Assembly: GCA_036172245.1 (NCBI GenBank)
Contig: JAYWIR010000085.1
Coordinates: forward strand, 186,001 to 250,000
Reading direction: 5' to 3'
Source: Raillietiella orientalis
Lineage: Eukaryota
Length of the DNA stretch: 64,000 nucleotides
Part shown: positions 12,050 through 22,673 of the stretch, one piece after another
How the letters are laid out: every line of letters starts with the position of its first letter
Numbering within the stretch: the first letter of the stretch is position 1
Translations under genes and position numbers: made by a program
The notes under the pieces: generated by a model
Database searches by the model: none
The model's input: only the letters and a program-made list of their open reading frames with translations
What the model was told of the DNA's origin: nothing

Positions 12050-14350
12050 GGTGGCGTGCCCAGGAGGGCGCGTGGTTCGAAGCTCCGGGGCACCGGCCCT
12101 CTTAGAGCGCGCGCCAGGAACGTGCGACCGAGCAGGAGGGTCGTGTGGCAGGAGGAGTCCGCTCTCCTTCCTACCCACAGGGGTGCGGCACTCGCTTCCA
12201 CACAAGGACAGCTCCGGGTGCAGACTGGCGGAAGAGTCTCCTCGTTGTCTTCTTCCGCCTGTTTCTCTCTCCGCTTCTTCTGCCCCCTCCACTCCGTGGT
12301 TTCGCAGGGAGGATCGGGATTTGCCGGTGAAGGAGTCTGTAGGAGTCACTGCAGGGCGTCCAGCAGTAGCCGGAGATGGGTAGGCTCAGCACGACGATTC
12401 CTCCCCCTTCAAGGTCATGTGACTCCCTCAGACTCTACCTCACCTGACTCCTGGGTCTTTCCTCCGTTCCCCCTCCCCACGGTGACCCTTTTTCCTCCTT
12501 CTCATCCCGCAGCAAGAGCGTGGACCGTAGAGTGCCGTTCCCGAGTTCCCGTCGGTCGTTTTTCGGCGTGCCACCGCGGTGCCTGCCGTCTCGGAGTTCC
12601 CTCACTTCCCGACCATGGCGAGCAAGTTGAGAGGCGGTCTTCCTCTCAGGAAGTTGGTGGAGGAGGGAACCGAGAAATCCGGAAGCGAGGAAGAAGGGAG
12701 AGGATAGAGCTCAGATGGAACATCCGTGGCCCTCAGAGGGTCCCTCGGGACCACGGGAGGGGCGGAGCTGCCCCCACCCTCCCTCCTTCCTCTGATATCC
12801 TCATTCTCCCTCGCCAGAGGAGGGTCTTTCTGATCGCGACGCATCCCGTCTGCTCCTCCCCACTCTTCGCATCTCTTCAAGCAGGAAGTGGAGACTTTCC
12901 GCCTCCTCTGCTTCTCCCTCCGGGGTCTCTCCTTTCCTTCAAAGTCAAGACGCGGTTCTAGGAGCTCTCAGATCTCTCTGGAGACCGACCAGGAGGAGGA
13001 GGCAGGAAGGTATCCCGCGGGAACGACAGGGAGGAATCTCCCCCGTTCTCAACGCTGCTGGCAACCGCCTTCTGGCGCTTCCGAGGATCTTTCCTTTTGC
13101 TTGTTTGCTTCGGGCCTCCTTTCCCTTCCTTCCTGGCCTCTCGGTGCCTCATTTTAACGCTCAGCCTCTTCAGGGGTGAGCAGTTTCCTACGAGTGAAGG
13201 GAGGGGAAGCGGCTCCGGGAAGACCACGTTCCCGGAATGGGTCACGCGCGCTGAGCGAAAGGCAGACCGCTCCAAAGGCGGCGGAACAAGGCAAATGCGC
13301 CGTTAGGGAGCGCCCCTGGAGACCTCTCCCTCGGGAAGGTACCGGTTTCCCGATGGGGGTCGAGGCCTCTGACTGCACCCTCCCCTATCCCTCGCCCCTT
13401 GCCCACTCTCAGAGACCCCCAGAGACCGAAGGTCACAGGGACGCTCTCAGGGAATCGCTACTCTTCGGGAAAGGGGTTTCCGGGCGCCCCACTGCTTTCT
13501 TTCCTCCTAGCAACGCTCGCATGGAGTTTCCACTCACCAGATGAAGAACCATCTGGTGAGTGGAAGCGGAAGGAGGAAAGAAGCCATCGCCGGCAGAGCG
13601 AGTGCAGATGCAGATGCCCTGGGACAAAAGGAATTCGTGTGCCGCGCGTCGTAGCGACCAGGCACGTGTGCCCTTCTCCTCCACCCTCGTTCCCTTCCTC
13701 TTCCTCTCCCATTCCCCCCTGCCGCTTCGCATGTTCCGACCCACAAAAACTGACGCTCCTCTACCTCAGACGCTTCCCCGGTCACCCGTGATACCCTCTT
13801 TTGCTCCCTCTCCTGCTCTGGCATGAGAATGAGATCGGGGTACCAGCATGCGCAGATGTGTCACGTGTTCTCTGTCTCCGAAGCCGCTGGGCATCGAACA
13901 CCACGAGCAGAGGTCGAACCGGAAGCGACGGAGGTCAGCAGTTCCGCAACTGCCCCCCCTCGGAATTACTCCTCGTGTGACTCTCGCCCTCCCGGTTTAG
14001 CAAGGCTTCTTTCTAAACCGGGAATTTGAGAGCACGAACGTTTCGACCACGCTCTCAGGTGGTGGTCGAGCATTCTCTTCTACAAGCTGGGGCATGCACC
14101 CTCCCCATTGGTCGATGCATACCTGTACGCAAGGTGTTCTCCAGGAGCTCTCAGAGTGCTTCCTCGACCAGAAGGGCCCGGAACACCTTTCTCGTCCCCT
14201 CTTGCGTGCCGCTTCCTACTCGCTGTTACCGTATAGCGGTTCAAGCGTGGAGACGGATCCATTATGTCTGCTTCTTTGCGCTTCCCCCTTCACGTTCCTG
14301 GTTCTCCTATGGTATTTCTTCTGGTCAGTTTCTTACGTTGCTCTCGAACC
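12050..14350 (+). mobile_element. Strongly decayed L1/Tx1-like ORF2 relic (RT to C-terminal zinc finger)
   Basis: Ordered degenerate motifs: EAPG (~12080), LPPVSL (~12265), VVSQGGSGF (~12310), GLSFPSKS (~12925), PLGASF (~13140), FPPSNARMEFP (~13500), FYKLGH/TLPIG/ECFL..PEHL (~14080-14190). Confidence 0.45.
13528..13565. repeat. Perfect 16-bp inverted repeat, 6-nt spacer
   Basis: TTCCACTCACCAGATG / CATCTGGTGAGTGGAA. Confidence 0.95.
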
Positions 14351-15949
14351 TCGATTGAGGGTTTAGTGCTGTGATCTCTGGCATGGAGGCAGCCCACAAT
14401 ACTTGCGTGCTGTAACCGCGTGCAGTGCCATCTAGCGTTCCTTTTCCGAATTACAGCAGGCCGTTTGCTTTCCACTGTTTACGTCTACCGCCTTTTTTTT
14501 AGCTGCCTTATGTGCATATACATGCATCCGCTCGTACGTACAGAGAATTTATGCGCGTCAGAGTCGCATACAAAACAGCCGACAGTTGGTTAGGGTAATG
14601 CATGTCCCGTTCTTCCAGTTCATGTCCAGTTCCGACTACCAGATAAGCGGCGAGATGAATGCGAGATGCCAGTGGATTCGTGAAGAGGAATTCCATAGTC
14701 GAGAAAGCTTGAAAATGCGGTGCAGAAAGAGAAAATCTGCGTGTGGTGTGTTGCGAGGAATCTATTTGGGTTTCTTCGGAGGCGTCTCAGATCGTCAGTG
14801 GTCTCTGCGGGCTCATTATCGATCCGAATTGTCTTTGCCCTGCCACCAGAAAGGTGCTTTAGGAAGTTCTTCGGAGATGGGTGCAAAGCGGACTTTTGGC
14901 TCGAATATCAATTAGGGTGAAGACGTCCACGATAACGGGTCTTTCGGAGTGAGACCGGGATTGCTCAAACAGTCGCTGACGATCATCTGCGTGGTCTGGG
15001 ATTTCCGCAAACCTCATGAAATTCATCACCACTTCTCATCTGCCCTCAGCAGCAGCTGTCTCTGCTTCTTCTGAGTCTTTCGAGGTTTCTCGAACCGCAC
15101 GCCTCGAACCAGATATCGCGAAATGACCAGCAAGTTTCGTAGATTTCTGCGGTGTCTCCCCGCACGACCAAACACTCCAATTCGTAATGCGGAGTGCATC
15201 TTGCAGTTACACGAACCAACAGCAAAAGCAAACAGAGAGATTGTACGCAACATCGGAGTGTGTTTCCCTAAAAGGCATCGATCATTGAGGCTGCTTGTTC
15301 ATATGACAGCATCCTTTAGTTCGAAAACAAGCTTTTACGCATCGATCATGCATCTTTCGCTTCCTTGGGCGCACAGCGTTTGGCTTCCCATTTTTATCTT
15401 CTGATATTCATTCCCGCTGCTTTGTTTTCCGGGAGCCTTTCATGAAGACAGATCAGACATATCGAATTTTTTTTCTTTTTTTTTTTCTGGCTGCTGCTTT
15501 CAAGAGGCGAACCTGCGATATTTGGCTTCCGCACTCCTAGCTGCTGGACATGCTGCTCCTCAGAAACAAGGATCGCAGTGGTCCAGCAGCGTGGTTGCAG
15601 GTGCTACGAAAACAGGTGCTAAAGACGGCACAGGAAGTGAAGTCCATCAAGGTTTCGATGCTTCCTGAGGATACTCTCACGAAGAGGGAGGTGCATGAAG
15701 TGAATTCAAGGGGGCTGCCAGCAAAGGTAACCACAGCTGAACTTCAGAGAGAGGGTGAATGTGGAGCAAAATGAGAGAAGAATGAAGAGGTTTAGGTCTG
15801 CGCAGCATTTTTTCTTTTTTTTGGTTTCACATGAGGCATGTCATCCACGCTGCGAGTTCCCCCAGGAGCTCCAGGAATAGCTCTGGAGTTTTTTAGACTC
15901 TGATCATCCCCTCCTGTATCCTCTTTGAGCACCTTGGACGTTCAGTGCT

Positions 15950-18900
15950 TCCGTGGAGGGTACCGGAAAAGATAATGCTAAAGGATACCGCGAGCAGGAA
16001 TTCTGTCTCTCACCGAGACGAAGGCTGCGTTTGCCTCGCCTCGCCTGCTGCGCATCCCAGGGAGCGTTCTGCCGCTGAGCGCTTATTCGGAGTTTCAGGA
16101 TGAATTCCGAGGATGCTGCAGCTAGAGGTGAGGTATCATTACTCCGTTGGTGTCTTTGAAGTCCCATGTTCAAGAGCCTAGCACGCGTCGGACGAAAAGC
16201 CCAGCAAGGGAGGCATGCAGCTTCTGTTCCTTGCATCAAGGAGGATGCCGCGTTTTCGTTTTCGCTTCTCCTCCTCCCCGGAAGTCCTCCCCTTTTCTTG
16301 AATCTGCATCCTCGTGCCCCTTACCTAGGTCGTTTCCGTCTTCCGAGGAAGCAGCGCGCGTCGGAACTTCCATCATCTCTTCAGAACCGATCCCGGGACC
16401 TTCCAAAACCTGATTGCAGCTTCCTCCCTCTCTCTCCTCCGCGGATGCTAAATCTGCGCGATTTCGCACGTGATGATCACATCGAGGGATGCTAATAGCA
16501 CGCCGCCCGATGTGAGGGCCGCCTATCGGGCACATATAAGGCACTATTTGGGAAATTTCAATATCACGTGCTCCGAGACGCCAATCAGGCGTGGCATTTT
16601 GATCGTGGACTTTCGTGGAAGGACCTGCGTATCGATTTTCTCTTCCTTTCCTGTCTCCGGAGTGTTAATGATTTTCATTCAGAGCCACCGCAAAAGTGAA
16701 AGGGAACTTTACCCTTCGTCAGAATGCTGATATCATCAATCGGCCTATTCTTTCACGGGTGCTCTGTAATTACCATAATAATACCTTCTTGATTAATGGA
16801 GGGCGTCATTGGCATTCCAGAGGAACGGCATAAGACCAAACCAAATCTGCTGCGTCTGCCACGGAAATCCCATCTAAGGCCGCTCCGTGCTGGTCTCAGC
16901 CACCCCCTTCATCACGGATTCGGTCTGCTTTGGTTCATTTTACTCGCGATCGAACGCGTGCAGCACGTCTTCGCTCATAAATCATCCAGGATCATGCAGG
17001 ACCCCACGCCCTCTCCATCCTTTCGAAGGCGCTCTCGCGCAAGGAAGAATTCTTGCCTTCCAAGTGCTATCGGATGCCTACGAAGGCGGCTCGGATCGGA
17101 AGTGGGGGGGAAGAGGAGGTCGCGATTTCCCGGCGTCCAGCCCTGGGACGTCCTCCAGGTCGCTGGTGACCGGTCTCAAGGTCTGCGCAAGGGGAAAATC
17201 GCTCCCCACGCAGTTCCACCAAGTAGTTATGGGAGGAGCAGACAGCAGATCCTTTCGCACCCCCTGACGTGGGTTTGGAGCGCCTGTCATACCCACCTTG
17301 GTGGGCCGAACCTCTTGTCGAACACCCGGAAGAAATCTCACATTTCGGCGCTGCTGACTGGTGGTCACTCGGAGAGATCCTTCCAGAGCGGAGAGCGGAC
17401 GGGGCCGACTGCATTCGCCCCGCAGTCGACCCCGACGCATGCCAGGGCGAAGAAGTGCAACGGTGTCCTCTCTTGACAGCCGCGCTTTTCCTTGCGGGAA
17501 GTCTTAGGCGGCGGGGCCGCTCAGGAGCGTGAAGTTCCGACCAGATTCCCATTGCTTCCCTCCCGAGAGTCTGGAGATGAGACCGCGGAGCTAACCTTCC
17601 TCCTCGAGCTCTTCTTAAGAGACAGGAGCGCGGCGGACTTTTTCCTCTCCGGCTTGTCACGGGGAGAGGCAGACTCAGATCCCGACCCTGGAAGGAACCG
17701 CAGCTTGTCACCAAGACACACAAGACCGCCACCCTCAGCCAAGTTCCAGCTGGGAAGCCTCTTCAGACCTTCAGGGGTCCGGTACGGACGGAAGTAGCAT
17801 CTCAAAGAGCACTGAGCCATTTGGTGTTGGGCACAGTAAGGATGCTCGCGGAATCCTAGTATGGGCGCTGCAAGCTCGCTTTCTGGGTGGAGGTCCTTGC
17901 CTGAGGGACTGCTCTAAGGCTTCTTCTTCTTTCTTAGTTTTCAGTTCCCTTTCCTCTGGAAAGTGACGGCCTTTGATTAGGGAGGGCGTGCTGAAGGACT
18001 GATGTTTCGAGCGCAGCGCTCATCCTGCTCGCAGAACTTCCCGCAGCATGAATCCTGTCGGGATCGGGAGAACCGAAGGGAATCCGCGACCAAAGGGCAG
18101 CTTAGGGGCATCATCGCCTCCCTCTCGTTCTTCACTTCTGGTCGGGTGGGCGCGATCGCTGGAATTGCAACGCTGCGACTCCTCTGAAGCTCCGTCTTGT
18201 CCGATGCCCGAGTCCCAGTTCTCGGCATCCTGGGCGAGAGAGTTCCGGCGCGTGGATCTGCCGGAACCTCGGGGGCAGCAGAAAGAGGAAGTTCCGTGAG
18301 CGTGCTGTCTGCCTGGATCTGAAGATTCCAAAAGCACATGACCGCGGCTCCTCCTCCGGAACGTTTCCCAGAAAGAAGAAAGCAAAGGATAGAGGGAGGG
18401 GCATCTCGGCTCCCGGTTCTCCTGGGTGCCCCCGCGCCGGGAAGGTATGGGGAAAGCTTCTTCTGAGCGATGCTCCTTTTTTCCTTCTTTTCGAACAGGA
18501 GCATCCCGGGAGCTGGGTCTTGTCGGGTAGTCTGTTTAGTAATGGACATGCGGAAGCAAGGAGGATTCTGGGAGGAGAGCGCTTGCTTCCCGCTGATCCC
18601 AGGCAGGCGGAGCGTTCCTATGTCAGAGGAACGACCGTCCTCCAGCTAAAGGGAGCTGGGGGCCCTTGAGGCTCTACTGTCCCGCGTTCAGCTGAGCAGT
18701 GATCGTCCGGGGCGAAAAGTGAAGAAGGATACCTCGTAGAAGCCGAATCCCGGAAACTGTTTCCTCTGTGGCCTGCCTCAGCGTCTGTTTCCGCCTCCGT
18801 TCCACCGTGGGGCTGCAGTCGGCCGCAGCTGCCCGTGACGTCAGCCCTCGTTTCTGAAGAATCATCCCTTGGGCGATACAGAGATTCATTATCTTTGCAT

Positions 18901-19100
18901 GACGGGAGAGATGCAACTGACGGCCAGGAATTCTCTGCACCACGCCGATTTTATCCCGTTCCAAGGATGAAGCAGCGCGCGGTGGCCTCGTGAGATGTTA
19001 CGAAACGTTGACTTCCTGAGGGCACGCCTACTGAAGGACCAACTTCTTCCCCGGAGGCTCCTCCCTCCGGATTACGTCTCGGAGGAGCGGGAATCCGGGT
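15950..19100 (-). mobile_element. Decayed L1/Tx1-clade non-LTR retrotransposon ORF2 (endonuclease + RT), pseudogenised
   Basis: Collinear motifs with plausible spacing: VVQRIPGRQLHL (~18925, EN), FWNLQ (~18325), LRSK (~18010), DFFRVF (~17325), PPITT..NC...LAQTLRPV (~17235-17170), AAFVGIR (~17085), SEDVLHAFDR (~16950), *AD/DDISIL (16720-16747), FCGGS..KIIN, LIGV, LTSGG, IRFWK (~16400); many stops and frameshifts. Confidence 0.75.
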
Positions 19101-19584
19101 GTGATGTTTCGGGACGGGCAATGCGACGGTATGAGGAGCGGACGCCAAGCAGCTCCGAGAGCCGAACGAGCAAGACGTCCGATAGGAGGGGAAAAGGGGA
19201 AGGAGGAAGTGGACATGCGGCCGTTGCTACAGCCGCCCCTCCCCCACGATCCGTTCTCCGCACGCTAGACAGCCTCCGCGCCTCGTGGCCGGGAGGCTCT
19301 TCCGAGCATGCTGGGGAGTGGACCCGGGAGAAACCGCTGCTGTCACCACCGGCAGAAAAACTCCTGCGGAGCGCAGCTGCTGAAAGGCCAGGATTGTGAA
19401 TCCCGGGCTTTCCAGTCACCGCCGACGTGGTAGCCAGAGGATTGCGCGCGCAGAGCTGATCGGCCCTCCTCCAGTGAGCCCCCGGTTTCTAACGCCAGCT
19501 TTTTTGGCTACTTCCAGGAAGGATCTTGGGTTCAGTAATGTTTTTCGGACATGGAAGGAAGCTCTGCCGTAGGCGTCGACGGCG

Positions 19585-19935
19585 TCGCGTTCCGCTCTCA
19601 GAAGAGATGCTCCCGTCCCTTCCGGCACCGGACCTTGCGGGTTCGAATCCTCACGTGACCCTAGGACGGGGGTGCGTTGTGGGTTTCCAGTCGCCCTTCC
19701 CTCATTCAAAATGATGCTGATTGGCCTATTCGAGTGTGGCACTCGTTGACACCAGGTCACGTCGGGGTGTGTATTTCCAAACCTACATGTCTGTGGCAGT
19801 ACGTTTGATCCTGCCACGTTACTTATGGATACGAAAAGGAACTTGCCGGGATCTGTCATTCAGGTCAGCAGAGTTCGCTTTGGCAGCACAGGGGAAGGAG
19901 AGACAAACAAAAAGAAAAACAAACAAACAAAAAAT
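19585..19935 (+). mobile_element. Possible tRNA-derived SINE
   Basis: Perfect pol III B-box GGTTCGAATCC (19640-19650) and a (CAAA)n/A-rich tail (~19903-19934); no clear A-box or TSD. Confidence 0.3.
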
Positions 19936-19949
19936 GCAGTTAAAAAAAT

Positions 19950-20640
19950 GGGGGGAGTTCGGGAAGGAATAACTGTGTGCTGGAGGACGTCCTCTGCATC
20001 CACGTAAGGATGCCGGCAAGTTCCTGCTTTATGGTTCCCTAATGGGGCCATGTTGACGCTGTTCTCATAAAGAGGACAGCAAAATAGATAGCGTCCCTGT
20101 CGTTCTGGCCTCCTCTGGCATTGCTCCATGAGGCCACGATCCTGAGTAGGCAGCGTAGTGCTTCTAGGGAAGCCGTCGGCGTGAGGGCGTCGCGCCGGAA
20201 TAGGCGCTTTCAAACGTCTCTGGCATTGCCTCCGGGGGTTCCAAGGATCGTGGCCAAGCGTCCTTATAGGAACCGGAGGGCAACACAGTCCACAGTCCAC
20301 TAGGAGGTGTAAGAAGGATTCCCGCACTCCGCATCTTGCACAGTTTGGGTTCACACACACCTGTGTTCACAGATGCCGGCGGGCGTTGCACAGGAGGCTC
20401 CAGTGCAGCAGCAGCAATGCCGACTCCTGCCACTTTGAGGGGAGGGTGATGGTGTTCATGAGAACCGGGGCTACTGCAGGTCTTCCTCCGGAATACCCAG
20501 TAACACGTCCCAGCGCAAAAGTCCATGAGGTCGAGCACTCGAGGTCGCAGCGTTAATGGGCTGACCCGTCATCCACTCGCCCAGTCCTTTTCTCCTTCCG
20601 ATGCGGCACTGGTGGAAGCCGGAAACCAAGAGCCCTCATC
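19950..20640 (-). mobile_element. L1/Tx1-like ORF2 C-terminal fragment with CCHC zinc finger (zf-RVT-like)
   Basis: LPSKWQESALLLLHWSLLCNARRHL*TQVCVNPNCARCGVRESFLHLLVDC; Cx2C-x7-H-x4-C at 20292-20342. Confidence 0.72.
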
Positions 20641-20655
20641 GACTAGCCGGGATTG

Positions 20656-21142
20656 GAAATGGGTCCTCCGGGATCCTTTCAGGACTCAAAGAGTCGGTTT
20701 GCTTTTGCTTGGGAAAATGGAACCACACCATCGCGTACCGTGGAGCTGGTTGATGCCCCCTCGAAGGTTGCCTCCCCAGAGTGTCAGAAGTGCGCTGCTT
20801 TCTTCGAAGAGAGACTCTTCAGAGAAACAGGGAAGCGTCCCTTAAAGGGGTTCTCTTCGGAGGAGGAGGGAACAGGGAGCGGTTCCCATTCGGGTTCCCT
20901 CCGGAGAAGAGATTCCAGGACCCTTTCCGAGCCCCTTTCGCTGAAGAAAGGAGAAGTGGTTCTCTCCGGGGGTCTCTCCAGAGAGAGTGAGGAAGAGGCT
21001 CCCATCAGGGCTCCCTTCGGAGACAACCAGGGTGGAGGGTTCCCTTCGAGGATTCCTCCCAAGCGTGAGAGATTCCTTTCTCCGGAACTTTTTTTGGTTT
21101 CATAGGATGGTGGTCCCCTCCCGGGGTACCCCTAACCTGAAG
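20656..21142 (+). repeat. Dispersed repeat copy B (diverged homologue of 3226-3741)
   Basis: Shared blocks GGAAGCGTCCCTT, GGGTTCTCTTC, CCCTCCGGAGAAGA.ATTCCAGGA, the 26-mer, and TTCATAGG...CCCGGGG.ACCCC. Confidence 0.8.
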
Positions 21143-21299
21143 AGTAACGCGCACTCTGGTAGATGCACAGTGTCAAATAGCTGCGTGAGTCCCTCGCTTT
21201 CCCAAGGAAGCGAACGGTTCTTCAGCACTTGACGAACCAAAAAGAGAAAACCCGGAAAAAAAAAAGGCTGCAAGGGAAGCAGCGAATAAGAGAAACCCC

Positions 21300-22542
21300 A
21301 GAGGATTCCCATCATCCCTTTGGGTCGAGACGGTGTTTCTTTGCCCCGCACGTGCCCGCTTCGTCCGCAGCGCGTGCACGTTTCCGCGGAAGCCGAGGGC
21401 AGTCGGCGGTTCGGCTTTGCGTCTTCCTGGAAAGAGCTGCGCGCGTAGCTGCGCCTTAAACAAAAGTCCCTACGCCCCCGACCAGGAGTCCAGATGTTCA
21501 CTCGGCACGCGCGGCAGGCCGTGCGTGCCGAGTGAACGGAGGACCTCGCGCTTGTCCCGGCGCGGGCGCGCGAGGACGCGAACGGTGTCTCTACGACAGC
21601 CCGCGCGGCGACCGAGCAGCTTCTCGGAGGACGGCGCAGCCGAGAGGACGTCTTTCAGCGCGTGGTCCTTGACATTCGTCGCTTCTTCTCCCCCTCCCCC
21701 CACCCACTCCTCTTCCAGCAGCCGCGGGAAGGTGCCCGGGATCCTCATGCAGACCCGGAGGTTCAGAAGGAAGCGATCTGGCACGCTCGAAGATCGCTAA
21801 GCCCTCTCGGCGGGCGCGCGCCGAAAGGAATGACGGAAGAGTGGGAGAGGAGGAGGCCCGCCCGGTTCTCTCGGAAGCCCGCCCGCGTGCGAGCGAAAGA
21901 GGAGAGAGAAGGTCGAGCCTGTCTACAGGAGCCTCAGCTGCCAGGCATCCGCTCTCGGCCTCCCTGGCCCAGCTCTCTCTGCCTTCTGGAGAATGCAGGT
22001 ACAGCTGGAGAGGAGGAAACATCTGCGCCGTGTCCTCCAAGCATACGGGATAAGGCGGAGAGAGTCGGAAAACGAAAGAGAAAAAGGGAAAAAAAAATTC
22101 TTCTAATGAACTCATCACCTTACGGGATTGCGGATCACGGAGCCGCGAGCGCGCGAGCGAGTGCGTGCGTCGGTTGTTTTCGTTCTCCTAATCAGCAGCG
22201 CCCGGTGCATGGGGAAACCACGCGCGTTCCCTCCCGGTCTGAATTAAGGCGGGTGCGGCCGCGTAGATCTGTGCAGTGCAGCTCTTGCGATCGGGTGGAG
22301 GATCTTCACGCGTAGTGCTCTCCAGAAATCACCCATCCATCCCTTTGCCCTCCCCCTTTCGACCCTCGCCCTCGCTTCCCGGCGACTATCGTCACCTCTC
22401 AGAGGCAGAGGAAAGAAAGCAGCAGACGAAAAAGAGAGAGTGGGAGAGAGAGAGAGAGAGAGTTGAGGACAAGCTTGCAAGGGGAGGAGTGAGGCGTGGC
22501 CCCAGACCGGAAGGAACGAGGAACAGGAAGCCTCGCGAAGCC
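21300..22542. promoter_or_regulatory. GC/CpG-rich putative promoter and 5'UTR region of the GARNL3-like gene
   Basis: Visibly CpG-dense, includes a (GA)n tract at about 22444-22461, directly upstream of the putative start ATG; boundaries approximate. Confidence 0.55.
21496..21537. repeat. GC-rich hairpin (15 bp perfect, extendable to ~19 bp)
   Basis: GTTCACTCGGCACGC / GCGTGCCGAGTGAAC. Confidence 0.93.
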
Positions 22543-22673
22543 ATGGAAGCGGTTGGCGTCCAGAGGAAGCGATCCCAGTCCCTTTTCCCTGGTAGTGTCG
22601 GGCTGCCAAGGATCAACGAGAACGACGCGCTGTCCGAAGTTCTTCCTCGAAGGGCTTCCTACGAACCTTCTCT
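22543..22673 (+). CDS. GARNL3: GARNL3-like putative first coding exon ([17 protein letters not shown]...RRASYEPS)
   Basis: GCCATGG Kozak context in a CpG-rich region; open frame to donor CT|GTATGT; phase 2 end matches the phase of exon 2. No homology support for this exon. Confidence 0.7.

Noticed and set aside
11343..12961. Long overlapping ORFs (234-410 aa) as protein-coding genes
   Set aside because: GC-rich, low-complexity R/G/A/P/S translations on both strands; better explained by stop-codon scarcity and a decayed LINE.
15541..15726. 186-nt phase 0-0 exon candidate (tcctag|...AAG|gtaacc)
   Set aside because: No recognisable homology and no supported partner exons; cannot be called without RNA data.
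16680..16720. RRVKFPFTFAVAL resembling the PIF1/Helitron helicase motif
   Set aside because: Alternative frame of the L1/Tx1 RT relic; no other helicase motifs nearby.
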